DNA from: Velocimicrobium sp.
Lineage (GTDB): Bacteria; Bacillota; Clostridia; Lachnospirales; Lachnospiraceae
Assembly: GCA_041821315.1 (NCBI GenBank)
Contig: JBGUEO010000014.1
Location: forward strand, 7,888-31,887
Length of the DNA: 24,000 bases
Reading direction: 5' to 3'
Part shown: piece by piece, positions 8,741-16,928 of the stretch
Numbering within the stretch: position 1 is the stretch's first letter
How the letters are laid out: every line of letters starts with the position of its first letter
Notes under the pieces: generated by a model
Seen by the model: the letters and a program-made list of their open reading frames with translations, nothing else
What the model was told of the DNA's origin: nothing
The model's database searches: none
Translations under genes and position numbers: made by a program

Positions 8741-9156
8741 TAATCCTTATTGTAAATTGGAGTCGCTAAAATTAAAACTGTTTCATTTGTAATTTCATTA
8801 TAATAATAGACAAGATTGAGATTAATCGGCTCTAAATCCACCTTAATATAGGTGTCATACTTCTTACTATAGGCATAGATCGTATACAATTCGGGTGTTT
8901 TAATTTCCTCTACAATAGTTGCATCATAGTTATTTAAGCATTTATATGCAATCTTATCTTTTTGCTTGACAGTAAGTTTTCCCTCAAATGTTTGAGTAAG
9001 TAAAATCGTTGTTTCTTCTGGAACGCATGTCCTTGTTGAAGTTTCCTCCAATAAGAACAACTGCCCTACATTGTTTACAACTGTTCCGCTCCATAAAACA
9101 AGTAAAACCATCAAGTAATATTTGATTTTCTTGTGTTGCATAATATATTGACGCAT
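8737..9156 (-). CDS. Small signal-anchored/secreted hypothetical protein
   Basis: Start placed at ATG 9156 (MRQYIMQHKKIKYYLMVLLVLWSG...), 5 nt after GGGAGG (9162-9167 on +). The track ORF extends to 9222 without an SD. Its stop codon overlaps the stop of the convergent 8231-8740 gene. Confidence 0.6.
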   Translation of the reverse strand: MRQYIMQHKKIKYYLMVLLVLWSGTVVNNVGQLFLLEETSTRTCVPEETTILLTQTFEGKLTVKQKDKIAYKCLNNYDATIVEEIKTPELYTIYAYSKKYDTYIKVDLEPINLNLVYYYNEITNETVLILATPIYNKDY

Positions 9157-9298
9157 AGAAACCTCCCATTCCAGAATATACTTTTCTAAAGTATTTCCAG
9201 AATGAGAGGTTTCATACTTCATCCTATATTCAAACTATTCGCTTATTGCTTTTACACATGATTTGCAATACAATCAGAGTATAGAAGGAGGCTTTTAG

Positions 9299-9775
9299 AT
9301 GTATTGTCCAAACTGTAAGCAAACATATGTGGATGGAATTACCACTTGCACCGATTGCGGTGAACCATTGATTGAGATCCCAGACAAAGAAGTAGCTTAT
9401 GAAGAAGTAACCGCTATGGATGCCGTCAAATTAATCTCCGTTGACAACACAATTAACGCGGAACTTGTATTAAATTTACTTCGAAATAATGACATCCCTT
9501 GCTATGCCAAAGATAATGGAATCGGTGGCTATATGAATATTTATATGGGATATTCAATTTTTGGAAAAGAAATCTATGTGGACAAATCAGATTTTGCTCA
9601 TGCAACAGAGGTTCTTGCCATTTTAGAGACTAACGAAGATGATATCACACTGGAGGAAGAGCCATACGATTCACAAAGCTCCAGCACTCCTTCAAACCGC
9701 TTATCTGCAAGACTGATACTCTTTTTTTGGATTGCAGTGATACTCCTTTTTGCAATTTTAAATAAAAATTTCTAG
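9299..9775 (+). CDS. Zinc-ribbon plus DUF2007-like protein with C-terminal membrane anchor
   Basis: GAAGGAGG SD. N-terminal CPNC...CTDC zinc ribbon. The middle region has the pattern of the putative signal-transducing DUF2007 fold (LISVDNTINAELVLNLLRNNDIPCYAKD...IYVDKSDFAHATEVL). C-terminal hydrophobic helix LILFFWIAVILLFAIL. Confidence 0.7.
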   Translation: MYCPNCKQTYVDGITTCTDCGEPLIEIPDKEVAYEEVTAMDAVKLISVDNTINAELVLNLLRNNDIPCYAKDNGIGGYMNIYMGYSIFGKEIYVDKSDFAHATEVLAILETNEDDITLEEEPYDSQSSSTPSNRLSARLILFFWIAVILLFAILNKNF

Positions 9776-9848
9776 TTTCTAAAACTACAGGTAATATGGT
9801 TTATCCTTGGAAATACATTTAATTAGTCTCATTCGTATCCTATGTTTC

Positions 9849-11516
9849 TTACAATTTAAAAATGCTAATGGCCTCCACTAATTCATCTGATAAAGTTCTC
9901 AATACCGTAATTTCTGATCTAATATCATTCACTGCTGCGGTCAACTGTGCGGTTGATGCAGATGTCTCTTCTGTACTTGCCGCATTCTCTTCTGAAATTG
10001 CACTTAAATTAGTGATAATATCCACAACTGTTATTCTAGACTCATTTAAGCTCTTTGTGATATCCGCTATTTCTTTTATTTGGTCAGTAGAATGATTAAT
10101 TCCATAATATACTTCCTTGAAACTGTCCTTTGTCCTATTTAAATGTGAATTCTGTACCTCAATCGTTTCTTTAACAGCATGCATCGTCTCTACTGCCTTA
10201 TTGGAATTATCAATCAAGGTATGTATTACATTACCGATTTCTTTTGCTGACTTTCCAGATTGCTCTGCCAATTTTTTAATTTGGTCAGCAACAACTGCAA
10301 ATCCTTTCCCAGATTCTCCTGCTCTCGCTGCTTCAATCGAAGCATTCAATGATAATAAATTCGTCTCATTAGCGATTGAAGTTATGATATTTGCAGCTTC
10401 CTGGATCTTTAGTGCAAAATCATTCGTTTCATTTGTCTGTTGATAGATTGTATCAATTTCTAACTTTGTCTTTTCATTAATAACGTTTAACTCATCTAAT
10501 GTATTCATGGCAACCGTACCTGATTCAATCATTTTATCTGAATTTATATGGAGCTGCTGTATTGCATTCGAAGTATTTTCAATATTTTCACCCATAATAA
10601 TGGTCTCTCTCGAAGCTTCCTCTGTTGACTGCGCCTGTGATGTAGCTCCAAGTGCCACCTCTTCCACTGCCTTTTCGATGCCATCTGTTGTTGTCGCTGT
10701 TTCCTCCGAAACCTGTTCAAGTTCTTCTGATGCCCCTAACAAAGAGGATGCCGTTTGATTTACCCCTGAAATAATATTTTTAAGAGAATCCTTTAGATGC
10801 AACGTTGCATTTGCTATATCACCAATTTCATCTTTTCTTAAGATATCTTTTTTATCTTGTTCAATACTTAATTCACCTTCCGATATCCTTTTTAAGACTT
10901 CTACATTTCTTGACATTGTCTTTGTAATACTTTGTATAATCATACTTTCAAATATAATCGTTATCAAAACAATTACAATTATACCAATAGCAATTTTAAA
11001 TACAATACTAATATATGTATCCTGCACTACTTTTTGTGGATTTGCCGCAACAAAAATACCTGTAACGTTCTCAGAGCCATTCCCTTTTATTGGAATATAA
11101 TAAGCATAATAGTCTTCTCCCTCAACAACAACTTCATCAAAATATTCTTTACCTTGATTTAAGACTGTATTAGCGACTTCTTCTGGTGCTTTTGTTCCTA
11201 CAACACGAGTACCTTTCTCATCTTTGATTGTTGAAGCAATTCTTTCATCTCCTTCAAAAATTGATATATGAACTCCACCATTGTCATATATTGTATCAAT
11301 AACATGGTTAATCTCATCATTATTTGTACTTCCAGCATTCACAACTTCTTCTTGTTCATATGCTTCTTCTCCTGCATAAGCAGCAACTTTTAACTGATTC
11401 TTAATTTGATCTTGAACACTTTGTTTCACTTCAATTCCAGTAATTATAATTGCGGTTACTCCTATTACAATTGCAGGTCCTAATACCATTGATAATATTT
11501 TTCCTCTAAACTTCAA
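9849..11516 (-). CDS. Methyl-accepting chemotaxis protein with single Cache-type sensor domain
   Basis: TM1, a ~150-aa extracytoplasmic Cache-like region ([42 protein letters not shown]), TM2, HAMP, and the canonical signalling hairpin [38 protein letters not shown] start at 11516, 7 nt after AGAGGA. Confidence 0.9.
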   Translation of the reverse strand: MKFRGKILSMVLGPAIVIGVTAIIITGIEVKQSVQDQIKNQLKVAAYAGEEAYEQEEVVNAGSTNNDEINHVIDTIYDNGGVHISIFEGDERIASTIKDEKGTRVVGTKAPEEVANTVLNQGKEYFDEVVVEGEDYYAYYIPIKGNGSENVTGIFVAANPQKVVQDTYISIVFKIAIGIIVIVLITIIFESMIIQSITKTMSRNVEVLKRISEGELSIEQDKKDILRKDEIGDIANATLHLKDSLKNIISGVNQTASSLLGASEELEQVSEETATTTDGIEKAVEEVALGATSQAQSTEEASRETIIMGENIENTSNAIQQLHINSDKMIESGTVAMNTLDELNVINEKTKLEIDTIYQQTNETNDFALKIQEAANIITSIANETNLLSLNASIEAARAGESGKGFAVVADQIKKLAEQSGKSAKEIGNVIHTLIDNSNKAVETMHAVKETIEVQNSHLNRTKDSFKEVYYGINHSTDQIKEIADITKSLNESRITVVDIITNLSAISEENAASTEETSASTAQLTAAVNDIRSEITVLRTLSDELVEAISIFKL

Positions 11517-11627
11517 TTCTAATTCCTCTTTTTCTGTTTTTTATATTTACTGCATCCAAATAGTACTTTTAATCCTATATAAAATATTGTTAATTTTTTC
11601 AATGTTCAAACATGTTTGAGCTACCTA

Positions 11628-12749
11628 CTAGAAAGCTTCTTTTGATAATTGCAGTTTTTCTTCCGTATAATCCGCATATTTTAAAGCGATTTTACGAAAA
11701 TCCTCATTTATTTCTAAAAATGCATCTACTATCTCAGGATCAAAATGTGCTCCTCGCTCTTCCAAAATAATTTGGACGGCCTTTTTATGACTAAATGGTG
11801 GCTTATAAACACGTTTACTTATAAGGGCATCATATACATCTGCTATAGCCATAATTCTTCCAGACAATGGAATATTCTCTCCCGATATCCCCTCTGGATA
11901 TCCTGTGCCATCCCATTTTTCCTGATGATATCTTGATAATTCCATGGCATATTTCAAAAATGAATTCCTTCCCAATTTCTTGGATGCTGTACTAAGTGCC
12001 GAATATCCAATTATTGCATGCATTTTCATCTCTTCAAATTCTTCCTCTGTCAACTTACCATGTTTTAATAGAATGTCATCCCTTATTCCTATTTTTCCAA
12101 TATCATGTAATGGTGCTGATTTATAAAGAAAACTAATTACCTCATCATTGAGTTCATTTGTATACTTGGGATTATCTCTAAGTTTTTCGGCTAAAATTTT
12201 TACATAATTCTTCGTCCGCTTAATATGACCTCCTGTTTCAGGATCCCTATATTCTGCCAAGCAAGCCATTGCTTCTATCGTTGTTTCCTGCGTTAGAGTG
12301 AGTTCTTTTGTTCGTTCGCTTACCTTTTCTTCAAGCGTTTCATTTTGCATTGCTAACTCATTTTGAGCAAGTTGAAGGGATAGGTGTGTCTGTACTCTTG
12401 CTTTCACCTCAAGGATTTCAAATGGCTTAGTTATGTAATCTACTGCCCCCACTTCAAACCCTTTCGTTTTACTCTCAATATCAGTCATTGCAGTTAAAAA
12501 AATCACAGGTATATCTTCCGTGTTTTCATTTGATTTTAATTTTTCACATACCTCATAACCACTCATTCCCGGCATCATAATATCCAATAAAATAATGTCA
12601 GGCTTTTCAATATCTATAGCCTCTAAGGCTGATTCCCCATCCATAGCTACCGATAATTCATAATCATCTCCAAGTGCATCAACTAGAATATCCACATTGG
12701 CTTCCGTATCATCCACAATTAGGACCGTAGATTCTGCAAGACTTTTCAT
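11628..12749 (-). CDS. Response regulator with HD-GYP (RpfG-type, putative c-di-GMP phosphodiesterase) output domain
   Basis: REC motifs (LIVDD, phospho-acceptor in ILLDIMMPGMSG, FLTA, KPF), then HD-GYP motifs HDIGK and YHQEKWDGTGYP. The preferred start ATG 12749 forms an ATGA overlap with the kinase stop (12746-12748). The alternative ATG is at 12758. Confidence 0.9.
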   Translation of the reverse strand: MKSLAESTVLIVDDTEANVDILVDALGDDYELSVAMDGESALEAIDIEKPDIILLDIMMPGMSGYEVCEKLKSNENTEDIPVIFLTAMTDIESKTKGFEVGAVDYITKPFEILEVKARVQTHLSLQLAQNELAMQNETLEEKVSERTKELTLTQETTIEAMACLAEYRDPETGGHIKRTKNYVKILAEKLRDNPKYTNELNDEVISFLYKSAPLHDIGKIGIRDDILLKHGKLTEEEFEEMKMHAIIGYSALSTASKKLGRNSFLKYAMELSRYHQEKWDGTGYPEGISGENIPLSGRIMAIADVYDALISKRVYKPPFSHKKAVQIILEERGAHFDPEIVDAFLEINEDFRKIALKYADYTEEKLQLSKEAF

Positions 12750-15466
12750 GAGTCGCATTCCCCCCCTAGTTTCTTTAGTAATTCATCCAATAGCTCAAGT
12801 GCTTCTTTAAATTTATACTTTGTTATCAATTTATCCAAATCCTCAGCATCCTTGTGTAAGTTTAGTGGCCAAATTAGCTCTCGATAACTACTTAACATTT
12901 CTGTACATTTCTTCGGCTTTCTGGTTTTGACAAATGGTCTAATAATCTTGAGTTGTGATATTAATGCATCTGTAGAAGATTCCTCCCCTGATTTTACAGT
13001 TATTACCTCATCAGCAGGCAAAATCTTTTCTATTTTATTGCGCATAATATTCAATGTTTTACCCACATCAATCGTATATTCTTTAATAATATCTTCTGCT
13101 TGCTTCTCTTTTATTGCCTCTTCGAGAACAGCAGCTTTTCTCAGTATCTCCACTGCTCCGATATTTCCAGAGACTCCTTTAAGCGTATGTGCCAAACGCT
13201 GCGCTGTATCATAATCACAGGCATCAAATGCGTGATTAATCTCATCTGTAAAATTCTTCTGCTGCTCTACGTATTTTCTTAATAATTTAATATATGAATT
13301 TTGTTTTCCAAGCACCCTTCTCATTCCTGACTCCACATCAAGTCCGTCTATGTCAATATCCAACTTTTTTTCCAATTTCACTTCTTTTGTCCGTTTACCA
13401 TAACCAGCTTCGGCATCCACCTTATGTCTTTGAGGTATCCATTTAGACAATATCAAAAATAATTGTTCAGGATCGATAGGCTTAGCAATATGATCGTTCA
13501 TACCTGACTCTAGACATAACTGTCTATCCTTCTCCATTGCATTGGCTGTCATAGCAATAATCGGAAGTTTTGCATACTCCTGACTACTTCTGATTCTTCT
13601 TGTAGCCTCAAGACCATCCATTACTGGCATCTGCATATCCATCAATATAATATCATATTTTTTCTCACTTACTTTTTCCAAAGCAATTGCTCCATTATCA
13701 GCTATATCCGTTTGAAATTCACCTTCTTCAAGTAATTCCATTGCCACCTGCTGATTCAAATCATTATCTTCAACCAAAAGGATGTTTGCGCCCCTAATGC
13801 CAGCAATTATTGAAGTGATTTTCATTGTGTCTGTAATCATGTTAGAATTTTTATCCCTGCTTATTTCTCCTCCACATACTCTAATGACAGACTCATATAA
13901 TACCATAGGATTAACTGGTTTTACCAAAACCAAATCAATACCTGCCTTATCTGCTTCATGAAAAATTTCTTCTCGTCCATAGCCTGTAACCATAATGCAA
14001 CGTGGTCTATCATGTATATCCAGTGATATAATCTTCGTATAAGCTTCAATACCATTCATTTCTGGCATCTGCATGTCCATGAATATAATTTCATAAAAAT
14101 CATTTCTATGTCCAGCATCTATAGTCATCTCTACCGCTTTCTGCCCACTCTCCGCTTTATCAACACGCAAAGACATTGCAGTCAGCATATCCGCAAGAAT
14201 ATTTCTTGCTTGCTCATTATCATCAACAACAAGTACCCTTCGACCTACAATATTGATATCGCTTGCCACTACATCCTCTATCTTACTTCCAGCCTTTAAC
14301 ATAACTGTAAACCAAAACGTACTACCTTTACCATATTCGGAATCTACTCCTACTTCACCACCCATAAGATTAGCCAATCGTTTTGATATGGCAAGTCCAA
14401 GCCCTGTTCCTCCGTATTTTCTTGTCGTAGATGTATCAGCCTGCTGAAATGATTGGAATAGTCTATCCTTCTGCTCGTCGGTAAGACCGATCCCAGTATC
14501 TTTTACTTCAAACCGAATGAAATAGTTTTCCTCTTCGCGACTTATCATTTTGATTCGTACAATGATTTCACCTTTTTCTGTAAACTTAACTGCATTATTC
14601 GCATAATTAATTAATATTTGAGACAGTCTGAGTTGATCCCCATATAAGCAATACGATATCTCAGAATCCACATCAAATACTAACTCCAACCCTTTTTCTC
14701 GACATTTATCACCAATAAGATCCGATAAATTTTCAAGAACTCTCCTAAGATTAAACTCAGTGTACTCAATATCAAGCTTTCCTGCCTCAATTTTAGAAAA
14801 ATCCAGAATATCATTGATAACTCCAAGTAAGTGTTGACTTGATCTGTGTATCTTATCAATGTAATCTTTCTGTTTGTTTGTAAGATTAGTTTTCTGGATA
14901 AGATATGTCATCCCCATAATTGCATTCATCGGTGTTCTAATTTCATGACTCATATTTGCAAGAAAATCAGATTTAACTTTTGCAGCTTCTTCCGCAATAT
15001 TTTTTGCTATTAAAAGCTCTTTATTCTTTTCTGCAATTTCTTCCATCAATTCTTCTCTTGACTTTTGCAACAAGTCTTGACTAACTTCTTCTATCAATCC
15101 TTTACTGTATTGATCCGGTATCTGCTCAAAATACTTTTTCAGACTTATGTAATACCTGCTATCCTGCTTTTTGTCTATCTTAACTTCATCAAAAAAACCT
15201 TCTGTTAACTCGCAATTCAACGTTTCCTCTTTACATCCAATGCTTATGATGATACTTTTTCCTATACTGTCTTCGCATATTTGTAATCCAACTGTAGCAT
15301 TTTCTTTCTCTTTGGTCACCCTTCTTAATAGATCAGAAAGAAGTGCCTCAATTCTTGTGGAAGTAATTACAGAAAACCCCAGTTTAATCAGAGCTAAACG
15401 AATTTTCTTTCTTACTTTAACGATGGAATTACTATCTGTTATTATTAAGCATCCTAGATCTGTCAT
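12746..15466 (-). CDS. Cytoplasmic hybrid sensor histidine kinase (N-domain / coiled coil / HisKA / HATPase_c / REC / REC / HPt)
   Basis: No TM segments. H-box FLANMSHEIRTPMN. N/G boxes (DTGIGL, GGTGLGLAISKRL). Two receivers (VLVVDDNE...FMDMQMPEMNG; ILLVEDND...ILMDMQMPVMDG...AMTANA). HPt motif AHTLKGVSGNIGA. GAGG SD 8 nt upstream. Confidence 0.9.
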   Translation of the reverse strand: MTDLGCLIITDSNSIVKVRKKIRLALIKLGFSVITSTRIEALLSDLLRRVTKEKENATVGLQICEDSIGKSIIISIGCKEETLNCELTEGFFDEVKIDKKQDSRYYISLKKYFEQIPDQYSKGLIEEVSQDLLQKSREELMEEIAEKNKELLIAKNIAEEAAKVKSDFLANMSHEIRTPMNAIMGMTYLIQKTNLTNKQKDYIDKIHRSSQHLLGVINDILDFSKIEAGKLDIEYTEFNLRRVLENLSDLIGDKCREKGLELVFDVDSEISYCLYGDQLRLSQILINYANNAVKFTEKGEIIVRIKMISREEENYFIRFEVKDTGIGLTDEQKDRLFQSFQQADTSTTRKYGGTGLGLAISKRLANLMGGEVGVDSEYGKGSTFWFTVMLKAGSKIEDVVASDINIVGRRVLVVDDNEQARNILADMLTAMSLRVDKAESGQKAVEMTIDAGHRNDFYEIIFMDMQMPEMNGIEAYTKIISLDIHDRPRCIMVTGYGREEIFHEADKAGIDLVLVKPVNPMVLYESVIRVCGGEISRDKNSNMITDTMKITSIIAGIRGANILLVEDNDLNQQVAMELLEEGEFQTDIADNGAIALEKVSEKKYDIILMDMQMPVMDGLEATRRIRSSQEYAKLPIIAMTANAMEKDRQLCLESGMNDHIAKPIDPEQLFLILSKWIPQRHKVDAEAGYGKRTKEVKLEKKLDIDIDGLDVESGMRRVLGKQNSYIKLLRKYVEQQKNFTDEINHAFDACDYDTAQRLAHTLKGVSGNIGAVEILRKAAVLEEAIKEKQAEDIIKEYTIDVGKTLNIMRNKIEKILPADEVITVKSGEESSTDALISQLKIIRPFVKTRKPKKCTEMLSSYRELIWPLNLHKDAEDLDKLITKYKFKEALELLDELLKKLGGECDS

Positions 15467-15488
15467 CTATATAACCTCACTTATACAG

Positions 15489-16076
15489 CTATTTTAAATA
15501 CTTATATGCAATACATGCGGCGTCATCATTACCTCGTGCAAACCTACTCATAATTTCTTTGGTGATTACTTCTGCACACTCCTTAAAAAGTCCCGCACAT
15601 TCTAACTCATCAAAGTGTTCGCGAATACCATCCGTATGTAATAGTATTGTATCTCCAGGTACTAACTCTGCCTCCTGAACCACCGGCCTAATATTCCCAT
15701 ATCCTACAATTCCATCACGTGAAACCAGCCTAATATTTCTATGTCCAAATATTCGAACTGTAATATTTCCTACCGCTGTGTACTGAATTCGTCCTGAATT
15801 ATTGTCAATTATACACAAAGCGGCTACTGCGCCTCTAGTTCCCATCAGTTGTGTATGAAGACCATTCATAATGGTAAATAGATCATTATGATGATTCTTC
15901 TCCAGATATTCTTCAGCTATTATACCTACCTGCCTCGCTTCTGATCCATGACCTAGAACATCAATCATGGCAAGAAAACACTTATCCCCATCATCAAAGA
16001 TTTTCCCGCAATCACCACACTCAGACATTACACGCAACATTGGATATATTAGCAATGCGTAATCTGCTTTATTCAT
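15489..16076 (-). CDS. RsbX-like PP2C/SpoIIE-family feedback phosphatase
   Basis: 195 aa, the size of B. subtilis RsbX. Shares its landmark motifs CGD, (I/A)D(V/G)LGHG, RGA, VGN, HTDG and DD near the C-terminus. Its start overlaps the RsbT-like gene by 8 nt. Confidence 0.8.
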   Translation of the reverse strand: MNKADYALLIYPMLRVMSECGDCGKIFDDGDKCFLAMIDVLGHGSEARQVGIIAEEYLEKNHHNDLFTIMNGLHTQLMGTRGAVAALCIIDNNSGRIQYTAVGNITVRIFGHRNIRLVSRDGIVGYGNIRPVVQEAELVPGDTILLHTDGIREHFDELECAGLFKECAEVITKEIMSRFARGNDDAACIAYKYLK

Positions 16077-16536
16077 TAATTCTCCATTTCCTAGCTAAAA
16101 TACGAGTTCCTCTTCCATAAATTGATTCAATAAAAAACTCATCCATAATTCGTTTCACAGTAGGCAGACCTTGACCTAAGCTATTAGGCGTAGTACTATA
16201 TTGCTCCTTCATAGCTAAATCAATATCTGCTATCCCCGGTCCAAAATCACATGCAAGCAACTCAATTCCCACTACATTACTATCCGTTTTTTGTATAATA
16301 TTAATCTCCATTTTGCCTTTGCCCGCATAGCGTAAAATATTGGTTGCTAGTTCTGAAGCAGCTACAGCTACCATGAATTCATCATTATTTCGAAACTTGG
16401 CATTTGTAGCCATACTACGCACAGAATAGATAACTAGTTCATTATCATTTGCCTGATATAGCTCAATAACTTTTTTATCAATCACATGTCCTATGTTACC
16501 TGACACAATCGTAAAATCAGCATTTTTAACACTCAT
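16069..16536 (-). CDS. RsbT-like GHKL serine/threonine kinase (anti-sigma-regulatory-factor type)
   Basis: 155 aa with N-box SELATNILRYA, G1 DFGPGIADID and G2 GQGLPTVKRIMDEF. It overlaps the STAS gene by 11 nt. Good GAAGGA SD. Confidence 0.85.
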   Translation of the reverse strand: MSVKNADFTIVSGNIGHVIDKKVIELYQANDNELVIYSVRSMATNAKFRNNDEFMVAVAASELATNILRYAGKGKMEINIIQKTDSNVVGIELLACDFGPGIADIDLAMKEQYSTTPNSLGQGLPTVKRIMDEFFIESIYGRGTRILARKWRINE

Positions 16537-16915
16537 GTTTATATCCTTCTTTTAATATTGCAAGTGCATGTTCAAGGTTTAGAGCTGCCTGTATTTGACT
16601 ATCATCAATGGCAATATTTAAATCAATTAACGCACAGATCACCCCTGGCTTAAGTCCTGCCCATATAACTTTAATTCCCATTAAGTTCAAAGCTCTAGAA
16701 ACATTCTTAAATGCAGTAAATGCATATGTATCCAACACACCTATTACTGAAAAATCCAACACTGCTCCAGACAAATCCAGAGCATCGACTTTATCCATAA
16801 TTCTATTAATAAGTGTTCTAACCTCATCATCTGACATTTCACCTGGAATCGTAGCTATCAAGCAATGATTAATTTCTGTAATCGACGTACTGAATTCAAT
16901 TTCAGTCTCTTTCAT
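16526..16915 (-). CDS. RsbS-like single-domain STAS protein
   Basis: 129 aa and colinear with B. subtilis RsbS. The phosphorylatable position is Thr in VLDFSVIGVLDTYAF (RsbS has IDLTSVDMIDSF), followed by LMGIKVIWAGLKPGV. Confidence 0.85.
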   Translation of the reverse strand: MKETEIEFSTSITEINHCLIATIPGEMSDDEVRTLINRIMDKVDALDLSGAVLDFSVIGVLDTYAFTAFKNVSRALNLMGIKVIWAGLKPGVICALIDLNIAIDDSQIQAALNLEHALAILKEGYKHEC

Positions 16916-16928
16916 AAATATAACATCC

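Noticed and set aside
9157-9222. 22-codon upstream extension of the small minus-strand ORF (MKYETSHSGNTLEKYILEWEVS), plus the overlapping 61-aa ORF 8984-9169
   Set aside because: The GGGAGG SD sits inside the extension, 5 nt before ATG 9156, and the product from 9156 starts with a typical signal-anchor. The 8984-9169 ORF is in another frame with no support.
12750-12758. Alternative start ATG 12758 (MRL-) for the HD-GYP response regulator
   Set aside because: It cannot be excluded. ATG 12749 forms a classic ATGA overlap with the kinase stop and has better spacing from the G-rich SD, so I annotated 12749.
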